This document shows positions 28,030-36,479 of a stretch of DNA of 64,000 nt, piece after piece. Each line of letters starts with the position of its first letter. The first letter of the stretch is position 1. Origin of the DNA: Patescibacteria group bacterium (GTDB lineage Bacteria; Patescibacteriota; Patescibacteriia; Patescibacteriales; UBA12465); assembly GCA_041651355.1 (NCBI GenBank), contig JBAZJK010000001.1, positions 165,883-229,882 of the forward strand, written 5' to 3'. Under the pieces are notes generated by a model. The model ran no database searches, was not told where the DNA came from, and worked only from the letters and a program-made list of their open reading frames with translations. A program made the position numbers and the translations under genes.

Positions 28030-30003
28030 TTAGTTCTTCACCAGGAAATGATCCAGTCCGCTTTCTTTGATCAGTTCATCCATCTGGCCGTCGCCGATTC
28101 CTTCGGAAAAGCGATGGTTCTTATCAACTTTCAAGCAGAGGGCGCCAAGATTATCCTTGGCGTATTCAGCCAAACCCATGATCTGGGTGTTGAAGATGAC
28201 GCTGAATTGTTTGCCTTGGAGGACACTGAGAATCATTTTCCCTAAACGGAAGCCGGCATCTTCCTGGGTGCCTTTACCGATTTCGTCGATAAAGACCAGA
28301 GATTGTTCTTTGGGCACCTTATGGATTTCTTCCAAAAGGTTTTTGACTTTGTTGACAAAGACGGTGGCAGTTGAGCCCTCGCCCTCATCGTTAGTTACAG
28401 AACCCAGGACGGTTTTGACATCCAGAGAGAAACTTTTGGCAAAGACTGGCAGTCCCGATTGGGCAAGATAGATATTTTCAATCACGCTTTTGCCGGTGAC
28501 GCTTTTGCCGCCACCGTGACGGCCGGTCAGGCAGATCATTTGGCCGTTGATAGTCGGCAGGTCGAAAGGAATCATCTTCTTGTTTTGCCCCATCATGTTA
28601 ATGGGAGCCAAACCGTTGAAGGATACTCCGATTTTGCCGCTATCCCTGATTTCCGGTACGCATAAAGGAATCGAAAGTTCCTCGGATTTTTTGATAAAGA
28701 TTTCAATCACCCGGTTCAGGTCGGAGAGCTGTTGCAATGATTGCTTTAAAGCCATCCGCTGGTTAAGCAGATGTTTGTAGCTGAAAACATTTTCCTTCAA
28801 GTGGTAAAGGTTAGAGATTGCATACCATTTGAATTCTGAATCGGTCATGGTGGAGGGTATCCTGATCGTCCGGTTGAAAAGTTCGAAACGCTTTTGCATT
28901 TTTTCGTAAAACGGTAATACCCCGTACATTTCTCTGACGTGGCTCAGCTTTTCCGACATCTTGGCTTCGATGGAAGCGGCTATTTTCTTTTCTTTGTCAG
29001 TATAGCCGTCAAAATTACGGTAATGCAGTTCAAAGCTGGCGTTACGCACATTATTTTTCAGTCCGATAACCCTGATAGTCAGGCCGTGAGAGTCGTAGCG
29101 GAAGTAAATAGTCATGATCAGGCCGGATGTCTCTAAACTCCTGTTAAGGTCTATGATTTCCTTCCTCAATTTGTCACGTTTTTTCCTGTCGCTTTCGCTA
29201 ATCTCCTCGCTCATATCCCGCCAATCGGTGGGAGGAGTGAGCAGGCTCCTGACGCCAGATTTGATGTCAGTTTCCAGGCAGCTGGGGAAGTGCAGGACGG
29301 CGGCTGAACGATAGGCATTCATTCTGACGGTTTCAGTTTTGATCTTCGTGGCCAGCTTTTTGATTCCGGTCAAGCGGCAGAAGAGGTTTTTCGTCCATTC
29401 GGGCGCATTTACTTTGTAGCCGGATGACCATTTGGCCGAATAAGCTTTACGTCCCCGGATAAACATATCCGCTTCGGAGTTGTAAACGAAGGGGTTGAAT
29501 TCTAAGATTCCTTCCATTTCCGTGACGCTTTCCAGTTTCTTGGAAATTCTGGCAGCCATTGCCTTTTCCGTTTCCGATAGGATAGCTTTTTCCGCTTTCA
29601 GCTTTTCCGCCCAACCTTTAATCCTGGCCGGGGAGTCGGGACTGTCTAATTCCAGGATGATGGATTCGACCATCTCCCAGTAGGGGTTGTTTTCTTGCCC
29701 GTAGATACGAAGAAATTCATCTTCATTATTTGGCAGGCCGTTGAAATTTTTGGCAGCTTCGAGCCATTTATCGATTTTTTCTCTGGCTCCGGGAGATTGG
29801 AGGAGAAAGCGGGATATCTCATTCCTGAGCCTGATTTCCCGGGGGTTAGTGAGACCGAAAGAGTCCGGCAATAGTCCGGATTTTTTAATGGTCGAAATGA
29901 TACTGGGCAGGGAGAAGTCCTGCGGATTAACTATGTTAATCCTTGATAAACTTTCCGGGTTAGGCCAGAAAGGGTTAACAACTACATTGGTTTTTTTCTT
30001 CAT
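28030..30003 (-). CDS. MutS-domain-V-like ABC ATPase with an unrecognised N-terminal region
   Basis: The C-terminal ~190 aa match MutS domain V in order: Walker A LTGRHGGGKSV, AQSGLPVFAKSF, STATVF..., Walker B SLVFIDEIGKGTQEDAG. The first ~470 aa contain no mismatch-binding, connector, clamp or Smr motif I can recognise. Confidence 0.65.
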   Translation of the reverse strand: MKKKTNVVVNPFWPNPESLSRINIVNPQDFSLPSIISTIKKSGLLPDSFGLTNPREIRLRNEISRFLLQSPGAREKIDKWLEAAKNFNGLPNNEDEFLRIYGQENNPYWEMVESIILELDSPDSPARIKGWAEKLKAEKAILSETEKAMAARISKKLESVTEMEGILEFNPFVYNSEADMFIRGRKAYSAKWSSGYKVNAPEWTKNLFCRLTGIKKLATKIKTETVRMNAYRSAAVLHFPSCLETDIKSGVRSLLTPPTDWRDMSEEISESDRKKRDKLRKEIIDLNRSLETSGLIMTIYFRYDSHGLTIRVIGLKNNVRNASFELHYRNFDGYTDKEKKIAASIEAKMSEKLSHVREMYGVLPFYEKMQKRFELFNRTIRIPSTMTDSEFKWYAISNLYHLKENVFSYKHLLNQRMALKQSLQQLSDLNRVIEIFIKKSEELSIPLCVPEIRDSGKIGVSFNGLAPINMMGQNKKMIPFDLPTINGQMICLTGRHGGGKSVTGKSVIENIYLAQSGLPVFAKSFSLDVKTVLGSVTNDEGEGSTATVFVNKVKNLLEEIHKVPKEQSLVFIDEIGKGTQEDAGFRLGKMILSVLQGKQFSVIFNTQIMGLAEYAKDNLGALCLKVDKNHRFSEGIGDGQMDELIKESGLDHFLVKN

Positions 30004-30089
30004 GTGCTGATTTTTTTGGGTTTTTGTCTAATTTTAGGTAATTATTATTGATTTTATTTAGTGTTGTTAAAGGGCTAAACAATTCGTAA

Positions 30090-30118
30090 ATATTATAATA
30101 TTAATCAAAATTTGTCAA
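30090..30118 (-). promoter_or_regulatory. Sigma70-type promoter for the MutS-like gene
   Basis: Minus-strand TTGACA, 17-nt spacer, TAATAT. With a 15-nt spacer the -10 reads TATAAT. Confidence 0.5.
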
Positions 30119-30209
30119 TATTTATTAAATAAGCAAAGCATATTATACTAAATTTAGGAAAATCATCTATATTTTCCAATTTTTTGATTTATAAACTATT
30201 TATATATCT

Positions 30210-32933
30210 ATGGGTTTACTCAGCAAAATAATGGGCGATCCTAATGTCAAGATCATTAAAGGAATGAAGCCGATTTTAGATAAGATCAACGCTTTGGAAC
30301 CAGACTTGCAGTCTTTATCCGATGAGGCACTAAGAGCCAAGACCCCAGCCCTTAAACAACGCTTAGAAAAAGAAACTCTAGACGATATTCTGCCCGAAGC
30401 TTTTGCCGTAATCAGGGAGGCGGCTCGAAGAATATTGGGCCAGCGACATTATGAAGTGCAATTAATCGGCGGCATCGTTTTGCATCGCGGCCAGATTGCA
30501 GAAATGAAGACCGGTGAAGGCAAGACTTTAGTGGCCACCCTGCCTTTGTATCTTAATGCTTTAAGCGGAAAAGGAGTTCATTTAGTAACCGTTAATGATT
30601 ATTTGTCGCGAGTCGGTGCCGGCTGGATGGCTCCAGTCTATCATGCTCTCGGGCTGTCTACTTCCGTCATTATCCATGAGAATGCCTATATTTATGATCC
30701 TGAATATATTGATGAAACCCAATTCGATTCTCGTCTGCAGCATTTTCGCCGCCTGCCGCGCCGGGATGCCTATCGCTGTGATATTACCTATGGCACTAAC
30801 AATGAATTCGGTTTTGATTACTTGCGGGATAATATGGTTGGGAGTCTGAGCCAGACTGTCCAGCGTCCTCTTAATTACGCGATCGTCGATGAAGTTGATT
30901 CGATTTTAATCGATGAAGCGCGTACCCCGCTCATTATCTCTGCTCCAGCTGAAGAATCTACCGACCGCTATTTTAAATTCGCCCAGCTGGTGGAAAGGTT
31001 GGAAGAAAATGAAGATTATAATGTCGACGAGAAGATGAAGGCGGCGACCCTGACGGAAAATGGCATCGCTAAGATGGAAAAATGGTTGGGAGTGGAAAAT
31101 ATCTATATCGCCGGCGGAGTCAAAGAAGTCCATCATATGGAGCAGGCCCTTAAGGCTCGGGTGCTTTTCAAGAAAGATAAAGATTATGTCGTCAAAGACG
31201 GCGAAATCATCATCGTTGATGAATTCACCGGCCGTTTGATGCCCGGTCGGCGCTATAGCGAAGGCTTGCACCAGGCGATTGAAGCTAAAGAGGGCGTGAA
31301 GGTCCAGAAAGAATCCCAGACGATGGCGACGATTACTTTCCAAAATCTTTTCCGTTTATATGATAAATTAGCCGGCATGACCGGTACGGCCGTAACCGAG
31401 GCAGAAGAATTCCACAAGATATATAAATTAGATACGATCGTTATCCCAACCCATAAGCCGAATATCAGGCAGGATGCTAACGATTTGATCTATCGGACCG
31501 AAGAGGATAAGTTCAAGGCGGTCATTCGTGATATCAAAGAACGTAACCAGAAGGGCCAGCCAGTGCTCGTCGGCACCATTTCAATCGAAAAGAATGAAGT
31601 CTTAGCGGATATGATGGAAAGAGAGGGCTTACATCCCGAAGTCCTTAATGCCAAGAACCACCTTAAGGAAGCTCAAATCATCGCTCAGGCCGGCAAGCGT
31701 GGTGCTATAACTTTAGCGACTAACATGGCGGGCCGCGGCGTCGATATTATCTTGGGTGGCAATCCGCCGGAAAAAGAAGAGCAGGCGGCCGTCCGGGAAT
31801 TAGGCGGTCTGCATGTTATCGGTACCGAGCGCCATGAATCCAGGCGCATTGATAACCAATTGCGCGGTCGGGCGGGACGCCAAGGCGATCCTGGTTCTTC
31901 GCAATTCTTCGTCTCTACCGATGATGATCTGATGAGGATTTTCGGGGGCGATCGCATGCGCAATCTGATGAAGACCTTACGGGTGCCGGCTGATGTGCCG
32001 ATTGAGAATCGGATGATTTCTCGCTCTATCGAATCCGCCCAGAAGAAGGTTGAGGGTAATAACTTTGATTTAAGAAAACACTTGGTTGAATATGATGACG
32101 TGATTAACAAACATCGCGAAGCTATCTATCGCCGCCGCCGGGAGATTTTGGAAATCGGCGAAAAAAATAATGAAGCCCCCGATGAGAACGGAGAGGCTAG
32201 GACTTTAGGTGATATCGTTTTAGAGATGGTCCAGGGAGAAATCATGGCCGTGGTGAATTTCCATACGGCCGGCGACCAGATTGAGGGCTGGAATGTGACT
32301 GAAATCTATGAAACGATGCGTAGCCTTTTTAACGCCGAGCCCGGTCTTCGCTTAGAACTGGAAAAGATCGCTAAAGGTGATGGTCATAAAGACAAGCTGC
32401 GCCAGGAGATGATTGATAATCTAATAAGCGCCAGCCGGGAAGCCTACGCGGAATTAGGTGATAAGTTTAAACAATCTAATATAGATTTTTCTGAAGTGGA
32501 AAAAGGTGTGCTCATCCGTTCGATCGATCAGATGTGGGTGGAACATTTGGAAACCATGGATTATCTCCGCCGCGGCATCGGTTTAAGAGGCTATGGACAA
32601 AGGGATCCTTTGGTAGAATATAAAAAAGAGGCCTATCGCCTCTATCATGAGTTAAATGACTTGATCCAGAAACAGATTGTCTATTCTATCTATAAGACTG
32701 CGGCCGCTTTAGCGGCTACCCCCAATTTAGTCAGTCTCATGGCTGAAGGTGAGAGCGAGCGGCCCCTAAATTTCCAGGGCGCGGCCAAAGAGATGGATAG
32801 ACAGGCAAGAAATAATGATACGATTGACCTGGTTAAGGAGAAGGTAAAAGATGAAAGCGGCCATAAGGTCGGCCGGAACGACCCTTGTCCTTGCGGTAGT
32901 GGGAAGAAGTATAAGCATTGCTGTGGGAAATAA
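30210..32933 (+). CDS. secA: Preprotein translocase ATPase SecA
   Basis: 907 aa with full-length SecA motifs (MKTGEGKTLV, DEVDSILIDEARTPLIIS) and a C-terminal zinc motif CPCGSGKKYKHCCGK. Confidence 0.97.
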   Translation: MGLLSKIMGDPNVKIIKGMKPILDKINALEPDLQSLSDEALRAKTPALKQRLEKETLDDILPEAFAVIREAARRILGQRHYEVQLIGGIVLHRGQIAEMKTGEGKTLVATLPLYLNALSGKGVHLVTVNDYLSRVGAGWMAPVYHALGLSTSVIIHENAYIYDPEYIDETQFDSRLQHFRRLPRRDAYRCDITYGTNNEFGFDYLRDNMVGSLSQTVQRPLNYAIVDEVDSILIDEARTPLIISAPAEESTDRYFKFAQLVERLEENEDYNVDEKMKAATLTENGIAKMEKWLGVENIYIAGGVKEVHHMEQALKARVLFKKDKDYVVKDGEIIIVDEFTGRLMPGRRYSEGLHQAIEAKEGVKVQKESQTMATITFQNLFRLYDKLAGMTGTAVTEAEEFHKIYKLDTIVIPTHKPNIRQDANDLIYRTEEDKFKAVIRDIKERNQKGQPVLVGTISIEKNEVLADMMEREGLHPEVLNAKNHLKEAQIIAQAGKRGAITLATNMAGRGVDIILGGNPPEKEEQAAVRELGGLHVIGTERHESRRIDNQLRGRAGRQGDPGSSQFFVSTDDDLMRIFGGDRMRNLMKTLRVPADVPIENRMISRSIESAQKKVEGNNFDLRKHLVEYDDVINKHREAIYRRRREILEIGEKNNEAPDENGEARTLGDIVLEMVQGEIMAVVNFHTAGDQIEGWNVTEIYETMRSLFNAEPGLRLELEKIAKGDGHKDKLRQEMIDNLISASREAYAELGDKFKQSNIDFSEVEKGVLIRSIDQMWVEHLETMDYLRRGIGLRGYGQRDPLVEYKKEAYRLYHELNDLIQKQIVYSIYKTAAALAATPNLVSLMAEGESERPLNFQGAAKEMDRQARNNDTIDLVKEKVKDESGHKVGRNDPCPCGSGKKYKHCCGK

Positions 32934-32981
32934 ATTATTTTTATTCTTTATAAAAAATTTAACTTTTCTTAATGATGGTTT

Positions 32982-33002
32982 TGCTATAATGATTGGTATA
33001 AT
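32982..33002 (+). promoter_or_regulatory. Two tandem extended -10 elements (TGCTATAAT and TGGTATAAT)
   Basis: Located at 32982-32990 and 32994-33002, 19-31 nt upstream of the ATG at 33021. Confidence 0.6.
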
Positions 33003-33020
33003 TTACTAATCATTAAAACT

Positions 33021-33857
33021 ATGAAAAAAGAAGAATCTAAAAAAGAAATCGCCCTTTTTTCTGGGCAAGAAATCAGGCGTTCTTGGAATGAAGCGGAAGA
33101 GAAGTGGTATTTTGCGGTAGTCGATGTGATAGCCGTATTGACTGGAAGTGCTGATCCTAATGACTATTGGTATAAGATGAAAATTCGTGTTAAGAGCGAG
33201 GCCGGAGTTGAGTTATCGACAAATTGTCGAAAACTGAAATTTTTAGCTAAAGATGGCAAATATTATTTATCCGATGCCGCCGACACGGAGACAGTTTTCC
33301 GTATCATCCAGTCTATCCCGTCTCCTAAAGCTGAGCCATCCAAGCTTTGGTTAGCTCGGGTCGGTTATGAAAGAGTCGAAGAGGTTGAAGATCCGGAAAA
33401 GGCCATCCAGAGGGCAATGGCGACTTATTTAAAGAAAGGTTATTCTAAAGAGTGGGTTGACTTAAGACTGAAAAGCATTGAAATCAGGAAAGATTTAACT
33501 AATGAATGGAGCGCTAGAGGAGTTAAGAATAATGAGTTTGCTATTCTTACTGATGATATCACTTTTGCTTGGGCCGGAATCAAGGTTAAGGATTATAAGA
33601 AGATAAAAGATTTAAAGAAGGAGAATTTACGGGATAACATGACTAACTTGGAATTAGTCTTGAATATGCTGGCGGAAACTTCTACGACTGAAATTTCCAA
33701 GAAAGAATTGCCTGACACTTTTTCCAAGAATAGAAAGGTTGCCAAAAAAGGCGGCCGAGTGGCTGGCAAAGCTAGACAGGAATTAGAAAAACAGCTTGAT
33801 CGCTCGGTTATTTCTAGAAATAAGTTTTTACCGGCCGAGAATAAGAAGCTAAAATGA
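33021..33857 (+). CDS. Bro-N domain / DinD-like (DNA-damage-inducible protein D family) protein
   Basis: The N-terminus FSGQEIRRSWNEAEEKWYFAVVDVIAVLTG is Bro-N-like. The C-terminal part (NLRDNMTNLELVLNMLAETSTTEI..., KKGGRVAGKARQELEKQL) resembles E. coli DinD in architecture. Confidence 0.6.
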   Translation: MKKEESKKEIALFSGQEIRRSWNEAEEKWYFAVVDVIAVLTGSADPNDYWYKMKIRVKSEAGVELSTNCRKLKFLAKDGKYYLSDAADTETVFRIIQSIPSPKAEPSKLWLARVGYERVEEVEDPEKAIQRAMATYLKKGYSKEWVDLRLKSIEIRKDLTNEWSARGVKNNEFAILTDDITFAWAGIKVKDYKKIKDLKKENLRDNMTNLELVLNMLAETSTTEISKKELPDTFSKNRKVAKKGGRVAGKARQELEKQLDRSVISRNKFLPAENKKLK

Positions 33858-33875
33858 AATATCCTGAGAAATAAT

Positions 33876-34397
33876 ATGCAAATAAATGTCGGTTCGAAAA
33901 ATCCCGTTAAAGTTCAAGCCTTAGAAGAGATTCTTTCAGATTATCCTGATTTTAAAGGAGCGGAGTTGACTATAGTGGAAACACCCTCTGGAGTTAGCGA
34001 CCAGCCGAAGTCTTTGGACGAGACCGTGCAAGGGGCTATGAATCGAGCTAAGAATTCATTTAGTAACTGCCAATATAGTTTCGGGATGGAATCAGGCTTG
34101 ATGGCTGTTCCTAACACCAAATCAGGTTATATGGATGTTTGTGTTTGTGCTATCTTTGATGGAGAAGAATATCATCTTGGCCTGTCTTCAGCCTGGGAGG
34201 CGCCCAAAAAAGTAACTGAAATGATGTTGCGCGAAGGCTTGGACATGAACGACGCCGCCTATCGCTCTGGCTTCACCGATAATCTGAAGGTCGGGTCAGC
34301 CGAAGGTTTGGTTGGCATCATGACTAAAGGTAGGTTGACTAGGAAAGAATACACCAAAGAAGCTATCAGAACCGCCCTCATTCATGTGGAGAAATAA
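33876..34397 (+). CDS. yjjX: Inosine/xanthosine triphosphatase (YjjX family non-canonical purine NTPase)
   Basis: VGSKNPVKVQAL, SGVSDQPKSLDETVQGAMNRAKN, FGMESGL, GIMTKGRLTRKEY. These are collinear with E. coli YjjX. Confidence 0.85.
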   Translation: MQINVGSKNPVKVQALEEILSDYPDFKGAELTIVETPSGVSDQPKSLDETVQGAMNRAKNSFSNCQYSFGMESGLMAVPNTKSGYMDVCVCAIFDGEEYHLGLSSAWEAPKKVTEMMLREGLDMNDAAYRSGFTDNLKVGSAEGLVGIMTKGRLTRKEYTKEAIRTALIHVEK

Positions 34398-34409
34398 TTT
34401 AAAATAATT

Positions 34410-34871
34410 ATGACTGAAGCAAATAAAGATTTGAGGCCGCGTGGCGGTGTTGGTGTTTATATCATCAATAATCAGAAAGAAATTCTTCTGCTTTTGCGGG
34501 CGGCCACGCACGCCCCTGGTTTCTGGTGTCCGCCTGGAGGCCACATCGAATACGGTGAGAGTTTCTTTGATTCAGCGGCCAAAGAAGCCAAAGAAGAAGC
34601 GAATATCGACGTCGCCGAGATTGAAGTGATGGGCGTAACCAGCGATGTTTATCAAACCGAAACAAAACACTATATAACTGTACATCTCAAGGCCTTAAAA
34701 TATAGTGGCCAGGAAAAGCTGATGGAGCCGAATAAGTTTGCCGATATCAAATGGTGGCCCCTAGCTGATTTGCCAGAGAATATTTTTCCAGCTGTGAGGA
34801 ATTTTTTAGAAACGAATCCGGTCTGCCTTTGCGGCAGTGGTAAGAAATATTTAGAATGTTGTGCAAAATAA
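34410..34871 (+). CDS. Nudix hydrolase with a C-terminal SEC-C zinc motif
   Basis: Nudix box GGHIEYGESFFDSAAKEAKEEANI and C-terminal CLCGSGKKYLECCAK. Confidence 0.85.
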   Translation: MTEANKDLRPRGGVGVYIINNQKEILLLLRAATHAPGFWCPPGGHIEYGESFFDSAAKEAKEEANIDVAEIEVMGVTSDVYQTETKHYITVHLKALKYSGQEKLMEPNKFADIKWWPLADLPENIFPAVRNFLETNPVCLCGSGKKYLECCAK

Positions 34872-34872
34872 T

Positions 34873-35139
34873 ATGGCAATTATTAATAAAAAAATTTGGC
34901 CGGAATATTTTGAGCCAGTAGCCTCAGGCAAGAAAAAATATGAGTTGCGCCTCAATGATTTTAAAGTTCAGGAGGGCGATGTTTTAGTGCTCGAAGAATG
35001 GGATCCAGCTACTAAAGAATACACAGGCAGAAAGACCGAAAAGAAAGTAAGCTACGTCGGGGAATTTAGGATAGACGATTTATTTTGGCCAGAAGACCAG
35101 ATTAAGGAAAAAGGTATTCAAATTATTTCCTTAGAATAA
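34873..35139 (+). CDS. ASCH / DUF3850-type PUA-like small protein
   Basis: KKIWPEYFEPVASGKKKYELRLNDFKVQEGDVLVLEEWDP..EYTGR. The ATG lies 1 nt after the upstream stop. Confidence 0.7.
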   Translation: MAIINKKIWPEYFEPVASGKKKYELRLNDFKVQEGDVLVLEEWDPATKEYTGRKTEKKVSYVGEFRIDDLFWPEDQIKEKGIQIISLE

Positions 35140-35140
35140 T

Positions 35141-35461
35141 ATGCAATTTAACGATCTAAAAGAATTTATTAAAGAAGAAGACAAGCGTTTGCGCGAGCGT
35201 TATGGTAATTATATCGATGATGAAAAGCGCATCTTAGCTAGAACCGTCAAGATTACGGAAGAATTAGGAGAATTATGCGATGAAGTTTTGAGTTTTAGTT
35301 CTTTGCAACGGCAAGATAAGCTGGATAAGCATGATCGGAATAATTTATCCGACGAGTTTGCTGACGTAATTATCACTACACTCCTGTTAGCTGATACTAT
35401 GGAAGTCGATATCGAGCAGGCTCTAGAAGATAAGATTAAGAAGATAAGGTTAAGGAGCTAA
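35141..35461 (+). CDS. MazG-like all-alpha nucleotide pyrophosphohydrolase
   Basis: ITEELGELCDEV and EFADVIITTLLLADTMEVDIEQALEDKIKK. Confidence 0.8.
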   Translation: MQFNDLKEFIKEEDKRLRERYGNYIDDEKRILARTVKITEELGELCDEVLSFSSLQRQDKLDKHDRNNLSDEFADVIITTLLLADTMEVDIEQALEDKIKKIRLRS

Positions 35462-35465
35462 GGAT

Positions 35466-35912
35466 ATGATACATGAGGATACCTTTAAAGAAGTAGATTT
35501 CAATGGTGCTAAGGGAATAGTTTTCTTGGGCGATAAAATGCTGGTCTATCGTCGTGATGATAAAACCAGTGATTCGCCCCTATGTCTTGATTTACCCGGC
35601 GGGGGACATGAGGTTAGTGAATCGCCCTTTGCTACTTTCCAGAGGGAAGTGAAGGAAGAATTCGGCCTCGATATCGAAGGAGAAGAAATTGAATTTTCCT
35701 GCACCATCCCGAGCGTAATGACGCCGGAGAAAAAATCCTTCTTTATAGTCGCTAAAGTTAAAAATTCTGGGCCTGAAGATATCGTCTTCGGCAATGAAGG
35801 CGTCGAATGGTTTCTGATGACTCCCGAGGAATTTATCGCTCATCCCGATGGCATTAAGCGCCAGCAGGAGAGGGTGGGGCAGTACCTATCAGGCAGCTTG
35901 GTTTCCGTATAA
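35466..35912 (+). CDS. Nudix hydrolase
   Basis: Nudix box GGGHEVSESPFATFQREVKEEFGL. Confidence 0.85.
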   Translation: MIHEDTFKEVDFNGAKGIVFLGDKMLVYRRDDKTSDSPLCLDLPGGGHEVSESPFATFQREVKEEFGLDIEGEEIEFSCTIPSVMTPEKKSFFIVAKVKNSGPEDIVFGNEGVEWFLMTPEEFIAHPDGIKRQQERVGQYLSGSLVSV

Positions 35913-35942
35913 TCTTCAAAGTAATATAAAAAGTTTAAAAAT

Positions 35943-36245
35943 ATGACAGCAGGAGAACAATTTAGCTTAATACCGGAGTTTGAAAAAGCCGATCGTGACG
36001 CCCGTAGCGAAGCGCAAGCTGAAGCCGCGCAAGATCGCGAAGAAGAAGAGAAGAAGATACAGGAAACTTTAAACCGTGGAACTTGGGAGGCCGAATTAAA
36101 AGCCCTTGATGATGAAAAACGCGCGGAAGAAATTGCCGCGGCCGAAAAAAAGTTGCATGATCTCTATGAGAAAGATGATCCTTGGTCAGACATTAATTCC
36201 CCGATTACTAACGAAATCTTGAGATCTAAGAAGAGAAAACGTTAA
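35943..36245 (+). CDS. Acidic coiled-coil hypothetical protein (100 aa)
   Basis: ORF rich in E, A and K. It is the last gene of the operon and I recognise no family. Confidence 0.5.
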   Translation: MTAGEQFSLIPEFEKADRDARSEAQAEAAQDREEEEKKIQETLNRGTWEAELKALDDEKRAEEIAAAEKKLHDLYEKDDPWSDINSPITNEILRSKKRKR

Positions 36246-36246
36246 G

Positions 36247-36282
36247 CAAATTTAAAAGCGCCGTCTTCTGCTTTTAAATTTG
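36247..36282. other. 13-bp perfect palindromic hairpin immediately after the stop codon
   Basis: CAAATTTAAAAGC (36247-36259) / GCTTTTAAATTTG (36270-36282) with a 10-nt loop. It is mutually exclusive with the 12-bp pairing AAAGCGCCGTCT (36255-36266) / AGACGGCGCTTT (36311-36322). Confidence 0.7.
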
Positions 36283-36443
36283 GAAACAAACCTAAGAAAT
36301 AAAGCAAAAGAGACGGCGCTTTAGAGAAGGAACGACACAACCAGTCGAACTTACTGAACATAAATAAATCAACAAAGCAGGTTAAATCAATACATGGCAA
36401 ACTGACAAAACATAAACGAAAGCATCTGAAAAGACTGGTTGTT
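36250..36443 (-). ncRNA. Candidate ~190-nt small RNA (class unknown)
   Basis: A minus-strand promoter lies just upstream. The predicted 5' end ACAACCAGTC (36442-36433) pairs with GACTGGTTGT (36346-36337). The GC-rich 12-bp stem near the 3' end is followed by TTTTAAATTT on the minus strand. Confidence 0.35.
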
Positions 36444-36449
36444 ACCTAT

Positions 36450-36479
36450 ATTATATACTATAGCCTGTTTATAAGTCAA
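36450..36479 (-). promoter_or_regulatory. Near-consensus sigma70 promoter on the minus strand
   Basis: Minus-strand TTGACT, 18-nt spacer, TATAAT. It points away from ileS into the intergenic region. Confidence 0.5.

Noticed and set aside
30107-30120. Identical 14-mer AAAATTTGTCAATA upstream of secA (30107-30120) and proS (42780-42793), with looser copies near 50661 and 36488. I considered it as a shared operator.
   Set aside because: Read on the minus strand it is simply TATTGACAAATTTT, a consensus -35 (TTGACA) with AT-rich flanks. At 30113-30118 and 50665-50670 it serves divergent minus-strand promoters (TTGACA-N17-TAATAT). An exact 14-mer match in AT-rich spacers is only marginally unexpected.
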